Of a stretch of 60,555 bases of DNA, positions 9,168-17,438 are shown piece after piece. Below the pieces are notes generated by a model that ran no database searches, was not told the origin of the DNA, and worked only from the letters and a program-made list of their open reading frames with translations. Origin of the DNA: a virus. Lineage: Duplodnaviria; Heunggongvirae; Uroviricota; Caudoviricetes. A program made the position numbers and the translations under genes. Position 1 is the stretch's first letter. Every line of letters begins with the position of its first letter. Where the stretch lies: positions 128,001 through 188,555 of the IMG/VR virus record IMGVR_UViG_3300017971_000004; one strand, given 5' to 3'.

Positions 9168-10268
9168 TCAGAGAGGATCGATACGGAACTGGAAGTCGTC
9201 GGCATCCTTGTAAGGCTCCTCGACTTCACGAACAAAGTCGGCAGGAACCTTCCCCTCCTTCTTGGCCGTCTCCCAGGCAGTGATGTTGAGGGTGTGGTTC
9301 AAGCACTCCTCCATGTCGTGATCACGCAGCCACTGGACGATGACTTCCGTGTCGAGCTTGACTCCGCTGTCGCCGGGTCGGCGCACGATGTGAGCCTTGT
9401 AGTCGAAATCGACAATCATCCAGTCGTCCTTGCCGGGTCCCGAAGGCTCTCCGTACTTCTTGACATAGGACTTGAGCTTCTCGTAGTCCTCCTCGCGGAT
9501 CGCTTCGAACTCCTTCTCAGCGCTCTTCTTGCGGCGATTCGCATCGGTATAGCGCCTGAGACGTGTACCGTAATCTTCACGTTCCGCTTCCTGCTGTTGC
9601 CGCAGTTCCTGCGCCTTGCGCTGCTTCTCGAAGTAGTTGTGCTCGGGATCCGAGATGTTACGAGGACCATCTTCCGGGCGCGCGGCCTCCGATTCGATGT
9701 GAGGTTTCCCCGGAGCGAGATACAGAAGCTTCACGATCCCCTTCAGAACGAGTTCCTCCTGGACGGACCACAGAACCGAGGATTTCTCCGCACGGCAGAT
9801 GAGGACCACATCCCCCGATGTCGACAACTCCTTCTTGAGCACCTGGACGGTCAACTGGTCGGCGATACCAGCCTCCCACGCCTTGGTCGCGGGGTTCTGT
9901 TGCCATGCTGGACCGTTGAGCAGAAGGGCCGATCCCGGCGTGATGCTCGTCGGGTGCGGCTGTGGGGCGTCCGGAGGGGGAAACGGAGGAGCCGCGCTCG
10001 GAGGCTGTGGGGCGTCTTCCGGAGAAACGGGCTTGGACTCCCGTTCCGGAACCGGGGGTTCCTGCGTCGGAGGTTGAGGTTCGGTTCCAGGTTCCGCAGC
10101 CGTAGGCATCTCTGGAGACTCGCCGCCAACTTCGATAGGTGCCGGACGTTCTTCCTTCGGGACGTCCTTGTGGCCCGTCCCCAGATGGATGTTGACTGCG
10201 CGCTTGGTCTTGTCGCCCTTCTCTCCGAAGTCGCAGAGAGGACATTTGTACCTACGATCATCCGCCAT
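9168..10268 (-). CDS. C2H2 zinc-finger protein with Pro-rich linker and charged C-terminal domain
   Basis: Start reassigned to ATG 10268 (AAGGAGAAGG RBS); YKCPLC...IHLGTGH; Pro/Glu-rich residues about 40-110. Confidence 0.7.
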   Translation of the reverse strand: MADDRRYKCPLCDFGEKGDKTKRAVNIHLGTGHKDVPKEERPAPIEVGGESPEMPTAAEPGTEPQPPTQEPPVPERESKPVSPEDAPQPPSAAPPFPPPDAPQPHPTSITPGSALLLNGPAWQQNPATKAWEAGIADQLTVQVLKKELSTSGDVVLICRAEKSSVLWSVQEELVLKGIVKLLYLAPGKPHIESEAARPEDGPRNISDPEHNYFEKQRKAQELRQQQEAEREDYGTRLRRYTDANRRKKSAEKEFEAIREEDYEKLKSYVKKYGEPSGPGKDDWMIVDFDYKAHIVRRPGDSGVKLDTEVIVQWLRDHDMEECLNHTLNITAWETAKKEGKVPADFVREVEEPYKDADDFQFRIDPL

Positions 10269-10384
10269 GACCTTCTCCTTGTGCTCCCGTACTCGTGTGA
10301 GCATCCCAGTCAGAACCGGGACAACTACATTTTCGATCCTTCCCAGACTTCCATACAGCTGCATACGGACCTCCAGCGATGTTC

Positions 10385-10412
10385 TTATTATATCGCTAGA
10401 GGCTTGTCAATA
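10385..10412 (-). promoter_or_regulatory. Promoter/operator upstream of the replication operon
   Basis: Minus strand ATTGACAAGCCTCTAG followed by GATATAATAA; TTGACA and TATAAT are only 12 nt apart, so this may be two overlapping elements. Confidence 0.55.
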
Positions 10413-10442
10413 TAAAAAGCTCCTCTCTGTAAAGGTCCAAGA

Positions 10443-10910
10443 TCATTCAGTGTTCGGAACTTGCGCCGATTCCGGAACTTCCGGTACAGCCGGAAAATCC
10501 ATCTCTCTCTTGAGAGGACTCAAGCTCCGGAGCCCCACTCCGACCATGTTGACGACGAACTGGGTCTTGGACAAGCTCGCGAACTTCGAGAACTCCACAA
10601 TTTGGTCGTGCATCCTCTTCGGAAAAGCTACCAGGACGCGCACTACTTCATCCTCGGAGTACTTCTTGCCGGTGAGAGCCCAGTACCGATGACCTCTGCT
10701 CCGGACATCCTCCACGATTCGTTTCTTCTTCAAGATTCGAAGGTTGTTGCCCAGCTGGGATAGACTGTACTTCTTGCCGGTCGTCATCTCCAGGTACGTC
10801 TGAAGCACCTCGGCGGTGACGCGTGGGTGCTCGGCTTCCATCTTCTCCAGCGCTTCGAGCATCAACCTGCGCAGCTCGATGAGATCAACTTCATCCGTCT
10901 GGGGAGCCAT
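10443..10910 (-). CDS. Putative transcription regulator (winged HTH plus RHH-like domain)
   Basis: VTAEVLQTYL...YSLSQLGNNLRILKKKRIVEDVRSRGHRYWAL is wHTH-like; VVRVLVAFPKRMHDQIVEFSKFASLSKTQFV is CopG/RHH-like; own promoter and strong RBS. Confidence 0.65.
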   Translation of the reverse strand: MAPQTDEVDLIELRRLMLEALEKMEAEHPRVTAEVLQTYLEMTTGKKYSLSQLGNNLRILKKKRIVEDVRSRGHRYWALTGKKYSEDEVVRVLVAFPKRMHDQIVEFSKFASLSKTQFVVNMVGVGLRSLSPLKREMDFPAVPEVPESAQVPNTE

Positions 10911-10959
10911 CCACTTCCTCCTCCCTCAATATACAGAATGAGGGATCAATACCTCTCTC

Positions 10960-10991
10960 CATATAGCACGGAGTCTAAGAGGCTGTCAATA
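10960..10991 (-). promoter_or_regulatory. Sigma70-like promoter for the regulator gene
   Basis: Minus strand TTGACA (10989-10984), 18-nt spacer, TATATG preceded by TGC; carries the repeat ATTGACAGCCTCTTAG. Confidence 0.55.
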
Positions 10992-10999
10992 TGGGAAGA

Positions 11000-13900
11000 C
11001 TACCAGAAGTGAGTCGCGAAGGGGGGGCCGACCAGCTCGCCCCAGTTGGTCAAGTTGGACTGACAGGTACCGATGGTCAGATGGAGATTCCACATGTAGA
11101 CACGCGGTCTTGGGAGCGGGTCGTCCGGCGACATGATGGCGTTGGCACCCAGGAAGATATCGGTGGAGTAGATGCCGCTGTCACCTCCGAAATCGGGGAT
11201 GTAGATCTCGAAGGGGCGTGGAATGGTCGTCCCCGGAGGATTGCCGTTGACCGCGTCGTTGTTGAACGGGGTCGCCGCTTCCCAGGTGGAGGAGACGATG
11301 TGATTGCCGATGATGGCCGCACGACCGGCATCTCCGGCAGCGTGCGACCACCCAGAGCCCGGAATAACGTAGATTCCGTAGCACACCGAGGCAACTCCCA
11401 GGGCTCTCCAGTTGTCGATGTGGTTGCCCTCGATGGTGACCCCGTAGAACGGATAGGAAAGGCCAGCTCCGGCCCGGACGTAGATGTGGTGAGCCCGCGT
11501 GCCTCCGCTGCCGTCCGTTCCCTCGACGTCCCCGGCTTCGATCCGGGTGTGGTTGCCCTCGATCACGTACTGAGCGCCGTCTCGAACTTTGATGCAGCTG
11601 CTGCCATCGATGAGACCCTTCGATCCCGGCAGATAAGCATTGAGGACACCTTCCAAATGACAGATGTTGTTCGTGATCGAGAAGCGCAGCATCTCCGTCC
11701 TGACGGTGATGCAATGGGAGCCCCCTCCGCCCCCAACGCTCGTGAATGGGTTGCTGTTGTGCCCGAGCACCCGGATATTGTTGCCGTCGCAGAGCAGATG
11801 GGACTCGTTGGGAGGAGCTATGCCCTCCAGGAAGATCCCCTCCCCGAAGCAGAAGACCCGGTTGCCGATCACGCTGGAGGAAGTGACATTGGCGTAGATG
11901 CCGGCGCGAAGGGTCGTGATCGTGTTCCCTTCGACCACGACCCCGCTGGAAGAAGCGGAGTTCGTGCCCTGGCCGATGTAGATACCGGTGCCGTTGCTGT
12001 TCACGTTCGAGCTGATGAGGCGGATCTGGTTCCCTTGGATGACCGAAGCCGTCATCTTGTGCGCGAGGTCAAGACCCGCGATCCGGAACGAAGTTGTATC
12101 GACTTCCGCATAGATATGGTTGTGGCTGACGGAAATGTTCTCGATGGGGTAGCCTGCTTGACCCGCAGTGGAAGCCAAGACGTACACGCCCCGGAAGCTG
12201 CCGTTGGGGGCGTTCATTCCCGACATCAGGTTGCCGTTGATCTTGAAGTTCCGCTGGATGGTGTTGGAGTTGGAGTTCACCAGCGCCTGCACGACCCGGA
12301 TGTTACCGGTGGAGTTGGTGAACCCGAAAAAGTTGTTGTTCGAGACGGAGATATCCGTCACCGCAGAATCCGCGACATCCAGCGTCCCCAGATCGATCTC
12401 GACCCCCATCAACTGGCCGTCGTAGCCGCTGCCGCCGACCGCGCCTTTGATGAAGATGTTCATGTCGTTCTCTTCGACCCGAAGGCCGTAGACGCTGTTC
12501 AGGACGGGATAGCTCAAGGTCTCGACCTTGACGCCCCGGTGGTAACAGGCCAAGAACTTGTTGTTGAAGATCTCGACATCATAGAAGTAATCCGCGATGT
12601 AGACGCCGATGCCAAGGGCGTTGAACTTGTTGTCGCAGATGGCGATGTTGGAGACGCCGAGAGTGGCGATCCCGGTCAAGAGCGTCGTGCCGGGGACCGT
12701 CCGAGGCTCGAAGGTGTTGCCGTTGATCGTAGACAACTGCACGTTCTCGAAGTAGACGCAGGTCGGTGTGTTCGAGAGACTCGTGCAGTCGGCTTTGATG
12801 ACGTTGTCCTCGATGAAGATCTCCCGCGTCTGGTAGGTGCCGCTCGTCTGGACATAGATTCCGGGAGTAGGGTTCGAACCGGCGTTCAAGATCGCGATGT
12901 TGTTGCGCTTGATGTGGATCGCCGATGCGCTGTCGAGGTTGATCACGGGATAGTTCGAGTTGGCGGCGACCACGACATTGTTGCCGATGATCTCCCAATC
13001 GATGTAGCCGTCCGGGACGGGCGCGACGTTCAAGAACATTCCGCTGTAGGTGGCGATCAGGTTGTCACGGATCCGGACCCCCACGATGGTGCGCTCGCCG
13101 TTGTCGAGGGCGAACATGGCGTCATTGGTCGTACCGAACGCCGTGTAGTTGCACTTCTCGACGATGGTGTTGTTGTGCAGCGCGAAGACGGTCCCGTTGT
13201 TCGCGTACATGTCGATGGTGAGGCCGGAGATCTGGCAACCGGAAGAGAGCTTCCAAGCTCCTGTAATGTCGACGTGGACCACTTCCACCCTGGCGAGGGT
13301 CAGGGCTGCGCCTCGCGTGCCGCAGACGTTCACATTGGGCGGCTGCGTGATCTCCCGGTTGATGCCGCACATCCCGGTCACGTAGATGGTGACCGCCGCA
13401 TCCCTGTACGGATCCTTGAGACCGGAGACCTTCGCGTACTCGAAGGCGGTGAACAACGAATCGTAGGCTGCCTGCGCCGGATAGAAACCGACGTTCCGCG
13501 AGCTGACCGACCACGGGTGGAGCACCTGATTGACATTCTGGGAGAAGTCGCAGTTGTAGATGATGTTGGTGGCATCTGTTTCGACATACCAGAGGATCAC
13601 GCCCCGCTCCGGAGCGTCGTGAAGGTCGGTGGCGTGATAGATCGCGCTCTTGGTCGGCACATCGGTCATCGAGCCGAGGATGTAGTGCATCGCCGCCGTC
13701 AGATCCCCCGCGAAAAGAGCATTCACGTTCAGCACTCGAACCGTCCCCTCGTAGTCGGCCCAGACGAGCGACGTGGAGTTGGTGGAGAACGCGAGGCTCG
13801 ATACCGAATCGATGCTGATGCGGCGTCCCCGGCAGTAGTAGGATCCTCCGTTGATGTCAGCGTTGAGGCCGCTGCCTCCGTAGTCCAGCCGGAACTCGTT

Positions 13901-15685
13901 GTTGTAGCCGTTACGCCGCAGCAGAACCCCGGAGCGCCCCAGCTCGTTGTTGGGATCCCAGGCAATCTGCTCCAGGGCCGTGTCGGCCATATTCTCGAAG
14001 CACAAGGTGCCCCACGGACGCTTATCGACAGTCACACGGCCCGGCCACGTCGTCGGAGGGTAGCCCATGACCCAGGTCGCGGAGGCACCATCGTACCAGT
14101 ACGGAGTCGACGCGATCTGGATGTGCTGGTCGAAATCCAGAGAGGCCGCGATGGTGATTGAATCGGTGAAAGTACCGAGTCCGGGCAGGAACTCGTCGCC
14201 AGAGCCCGGCGTCATGTTCACGTACAGATCGATCCAGTGCTCTCCATCCTCGGCATAGAGCCTGATGACCTGGGACGGATTCGTGCTCAGCAGCGTGACC
14301 TGATCCCCGTTGTCCCACCTGAAGATGTACCGCAGCGACGGCGTGTTGGTGACCTGCACCTCCAGAATGGCCGAGCCGAACGGATAATCGTGGCTCGCGT
14401 CGATGATCCAAGTCCCCGTCACCGTCCGAGACGCCGGATAGGACATCTTCTGGAGGTATTGGACCGTCTCCTCGTCGGAAACATAGATCTCGTACATATA
14501 GGCCGTCTGGTTCGCCGGAGTGGAGAAGACGACGGTGGTCACGTCGACGGAGCTGAGCTTCTTGCCGTTGACGTAGTAGAGATCGCCTGCCACCGGAGCT
14601 GTGATGAGCAGCTGGTCGGCTGGGGAGGCATTGTTGACCGCCGTGGCGAAGACGTTGGGACTGGAACCCTTCCAGATGCCGTTGCAGTGTTCGATATCCT
14701 GGTGCTCTTCGAGGAGAGTGAACTCCTGCTCCAGGATATCGTTCAGCGATGTCCCGTGCGGGTTGGTGGGAGTCACGACACCGGTCCCGATGAAGTGCCG
14801 GTGCAGCTCGTCCTCGGCAGTCAGGCGCGGGATGTCCTGGTAGTAGAGGTTATGAATCGTGACCGTCTCGGAGATCGGGAAGGTGCCGCTCGTCGGCAGC
14901 ATCGAGATGACGATCTGAACTCGCAGGTAGGCTCCTGCACCGTCCGTGAGGTTGTAAATGCCGTCCACGGTCGGTGACAACGTCACGCCGACACCGTTGG
15001 TTGTGGTCCAGGTGAAGTCGTAGGTCGGACCCACACTGTAGGTGTAGTCCAAAGTGCCGTCACCGACCGGCGTGTCCGACGAGACGCCGAGAATCGCAAT
15101 CCCAGGAATCGACGTGAACTCGCGGGGCTCCGCGTAGAGGATGCTGTCGTAGGACGTCGGGCTCTGGATGCTGCTCGCCGTCAAGGAGGTCGACGGACCA
15201 TTGGCCGTGACTTTGCTGACGACGAGCATCCGATTCTTGGCATCGTTGGCCAGGTTGTCGTCGGTCGCCGGGAGCGCCGCGTAATTGGCCTCCGAGTAGA
15301 CCCGGATGCGCCACGCCATCTCGGCCTCGGTCGGATAGGTCTCTCCGTCGCTCTCGTGCGGCTGCCTGTGGATCTCGTTCTCGGTGTAGACCGCGCAGAC
15401 GAGGTTCACGACACCGCTCGTCTCGTCATCGAGCGCGATGTCGTAGTAGTCACTGGCAGTCTGCAAAAATTCACCGTTCGGGGCAAATCCGGACAGCTGC
15501 GCGACATCGATGTGGAGATAGGGCGGAGCACCGCTGGTGTTCACCGTGACTTCGCCGCCCGTGTACATCCCCCGAGATGTCCAATCCAGGCGATTCCGAA
15601 GGATCTCCTCGGACTTGCTGGTTTCCGTGCGTCGGAGCGCCGTGTGGTCAACAACGACCCCATCCGGATAAATGCTGCCCCTCAT
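11000..15685 (-). CDS. Large tail fibre/tailspike with parallel beta-helix (pectin-lyase-like) C-terminal half
   Basis: 1561 aa; repeated I-x-x-N-x-I / I-x-G-N turns over about residues 800-1500; lies at the end of the baseplate operon. Confidence 0.8.
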   Translation of the reverse strand: MRGSIYPDGVVVDHTALRRTETSKSEEILRNRLDWTSRGMYTGGEVTVNTSGAPPYLHIDVAQLSGFAPNGEFLQTASDYYDIALDDETSGVVNLVCAVYTENEIHRQPHESDGETYPTEAEMAWRIRVYSEANYAALPATDDNLANDAKNRMLVVSKVTANGPSTSLTASSIQSPTSYDSILYAEPREFTSIPGIAILGVSSDTPVGDGTLDYTYSVGPTYDFTWTTTNGVGVTLSPTVDGIYNLTDGAGAYLRVQIVISMLPTSGTFPISETVTIHNLYYQDIPRLTAEDELHRHFIGTGVVTPTNPHGTSLNDILEQEFTLLEEHQDIEHCNGIWKGSSPNVFATAVNNASPADQLLITAPVAGDLYYVNGKKLSSVDVTTVVFSTPANQTAYMYEIYVSDEETVQYLQKMSYPASRTVTGTWIIDASHDYPFGSAILEVQVTNTPSLRYIFRWDNGDQVTLLSTNPSQVIRLYAEDGEHWIDLYVNMTPGSGDEFLPGLGTFTDSITIAASLDFDQHIQIASTPYWYDGASATWVMGYPPTTWPGRVTVDKRPWGTLCFENMADTALEQIAWDPNNELGRSGVLLRRNGYNNEFRLDYGGSGLNADINGGSYYCRGRRISIDSVSSLAFSTNSTSLVWADYEGTVRVLNVNALFAGDLTAAMHYILGSMTDVPTKSAIYHATDLHDAPERGVILWYVETDATNIIYNCDFSQNVNQVLHPWSVSSRNVGFYPAQAAYDSLFTAFEYAKVSGLKDPYRDAAVTIYVTGMCGINREITQPPNVNVCGTRGAALTLARVEVVHVDITGAWKLSSGCQISGLTIDMYANNGTVFALHNNTIVEKCNYTAFGTTNDAMFALDNGERTIVGVRIRDNLIATYSGMFLNVAPVPDGYIDWEIIGNNVVVAANSNYPVINLDSASAIHIKRNNIAILNAGSNPTPGIYVQTSGTYQTREIFIEDNVIKADCTSLSNTPTCVYFENVQLSTINGNTFEPRTVPGTTLLTGIATLGVSNIAICDNKFNALGIGVYIADYFYDVEIFNNKFLACYHRGVKVETLSYPVLNSVYGLRVEENDMNIFIKGAVGGSGYDGQLMGVEIDLGTLDVADSAVTDISVSNNNFFGFTNSTGNIRVVQALVNSNSNTIQRNFKINGNLMSGMNAPNGSFRGVYVLASTAGQAGYPIENISVSHNHIYAEVDTTSFRIAGLDLAHKMTASVIQGNQIRLISSNVNSNGTGIYIGQGTNSASSSGVVVEGNTITTLRAGIYANVTSSSVIGNRVFCFGEGIFLEGIAPPNESHLLCDGNNIRVLGHNSNPFTSVGGGGGSHCITVRTEMLRFSITNNICHLEGVLNAYLPGSKGLIDGSSCIKVRDGAQYVIEGNHTRIEAGDVEGTDGSGGTRAHHIYVRAGAGLSYPFYGVTIEGNHIDNWRALGVASVCYGIYVIPGSGWSHAAGDAGRAAIIGNHIVSSTWEAATPFNNDAVNGNPPGTTIPRPFEIYIPDFGGDSGIYSTDIFLGANAIMSPDDPLPRPRVYMWNLHLTIGTCQSNLTNWGELVGPPFATHFW

Positions 15686-16554
15686 GATTTTTTCTCCTCA
15701 GAAAGTTTCAGAGCTTTCTGCTCCCGCTTTGTTTTCCTAATATGATCTACCAACCATAAAGGTCGTAGATTTGTATACCGAGATGCCTCCAAAAATTGTG
15801 CCCGATCCAATAAATCAAAAGAAGAAAGAGGCTTTATATGATCGATCTGCCATCCCGAGTTAGACCAATTATCCCAGTTCATCAATTCCCCAGTATGGGG
15901 ATGCGGATAAAACTGATCTTCCAAATATTTCTTCAATTCTGGAATTGTACACCCTAAATCTGCTACGGCAGATCCTCCTTTATAGCCCGTCCCATCACGA
16001 TACTGCAACGCTACCAACAAACGACTCCGTAAAGTTGAAGCCAATCTCGACTGCGGATCACGTCTGTTGCGACATACACTACGTTGTCCATCACATTTTT
16101 TACAGCAAGAAGCTAAACCATCCCTATGGTATTTATGCGGACTAAATTCTCGTACAGACTTGACTTGTTCACATCGAGAACACTTTTTTACCCCTTCCTT
16201 GCGAGGGGGGAAGTTCAACCGTTTATCCCGCTCATGACTCTGCTTCTGAGTACATCGGATACACCAACTCTGACGACCGTCCTTAACTGTAACAAGTTTT
16301 CTAAATTCAGTTACCGGTTTCTCTACTTTGCAATGCGTACATGTTTTAACTCCAGATGTAACCTCAACAAAAGTCTTGAGTTTCTTTTTCTTGTAATTCT
16401 TCATGTATTCGCGACGATGTTCATACATGCAATTCTTACACATACTCTTTCGATTAGCAAAACCAGTTCTTGAGTAAGAAAACTCAGAAAAAGACTTTAC
16501 TTCCATACACTTAGTGCAGGTTCGAACTTCTCGTTCTTTATCTCTAATTATCAT
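15682..16554 (-). mobile_element. Free-standing HNH homing endonuclease with three CxxC...CxxC zinc-finger repeats
   Basis: CTKC..CKNC, CTHC..CIRC, CSRC..CKKC repeats; C-term LGCTIPELKKYLE..F..MNWDN..WQIDHIKPLSSFDL..YTNLRPLW; clearly AT-richer than its flanks. Confidence 0.85.
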
Positions 16555-16557
16555 TTC

Positions 16558-17163
16558 CTACACTTTTATCACGCGAACCGTCCGCGACCGGGCCGGCTTC
16601 AGGTTCCGGTTGCACCACCGGATCGTCTTGATGGCCGTCCCAGTAGTGACGCCACCGTACTCGATCATCTTGTTCGCGCTGATGAAGCGCTTCTTGGCAA
16701 CGCGCCGGTTCGGCGCATCGATGCTGTAACCCTTCAAAGTGTTTACCAGAATCGTCGGATTCAAAGTCTTCTGATACCACCACCAGTGGATCTCCATGTT
16801 CGCCTGGTAGGCATCCACCTCGTAGAGCGTCCGGGCAGCATCACTGGTGAGGTACTTGATCTCGTACATTGGATCACGGCGCGACTGCACGATGTGCTGG
16901 CATTCGTGGGCGCAGGTCATGATCTGCCCAACGAGCTGCTTCTGGGTGCCGACGCCGACCTCGAAGGGGATGTAGATCTTGCTGCCGACAGTGGTCGTGT
17001 AGTTGTGCAGAAAGTAGTCCTGGTCCTGGATGCCCATCGTGTCGAGCGCCCATCCGATGAGCTGCATCTCCCCGGCGTCGTCTTTGTCGACCACCTTGAA
17101 GCGGTACTGCTTCTGCATGTACTTCCAGTAGAGCCGGACCTGATCCCCAGATACTTGCGGCAT
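16558..17163 (-). CDS. Putative zincin-type metallopeptidase (HExxH)
   Basis: YTTTVGSKIYIP...CAHECQHIVQ...YEVDAY; start reassigned to ATG 17163 (TGATG overlap, GGAGG RBS). Confidence 0.65.
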   Translation of the reverse strand: MPQVSGDQVRLYWKYMQKQYRFKVVDKDDAGEMQLIGWALDTMGIQDQDYFLHNYTTTVGSKIYIPFEVGVGTQKQLVGQIMTCAHECQHIVQSRRDPMYEIKYLTSDAARTLYEVDAYQANMEIHWWWYQKTLNPTILVNTLKGYSIDAPNRRVAKKRFISANKMIEYGGVTTGTAIKTIRWCNRNLKPARSRTVRVIKV

Positions 17164-17438
17164 CACACACCTCCGTCCAGTTCTTCGCAGGCTTCGATCG
17201 GGAGGCACGCCGGGATTCCGTCAGTCGGATCTTCGCAGCACACCCATTCCAGATCCTGGCCGAAGTCCTCCACGTCGGCACAGTCGTCGTGGACCTCCCA
17301 ATCGGTTTCGGCGTTGCAGATCATGACCCTGGAGCCTTCACACTTCATCTCTTCCGGTTCACATCCATCGTGACAGCCGGACGAAAAGATGATGAAAGCT
17401 AACATAACCAAAATCACCTCAATCGTAATCCTATACAT
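17163..17438 (-). CDS. Small cysteine-rich lipoprotein
   Basis: Hydrophobic signal VILVMLAFIIF then SSG-C lipobox-like site; 8 further Cys in an acidic mature region of about 70 aa. Confidence 0.7.
   Translation of the reverse strand: MYRITIEVILVMLAFIIFSSGCHDGCEPEEMKCEGSRVMICNAETDWEVHDDCADVEDFGQDLEWVCCEDPTDGIPACLPIEACEELDGGV

Noticed and set aside
10991-14161. 1056-aa plus-strand ORF, and similar long plus ORFs at 26545, 29699, 55082 and elsewhere
   Set aside because: Codon-register shadows of real minus-strand genes, with no RBS or domain signal.
15682-16554. Group I intron hosting the HNH gene
   Set aside because: Both flanking genes are intact, and only 3 nt or an overlap separate them from the HNH ORF, leaving no room for intron core sequence.
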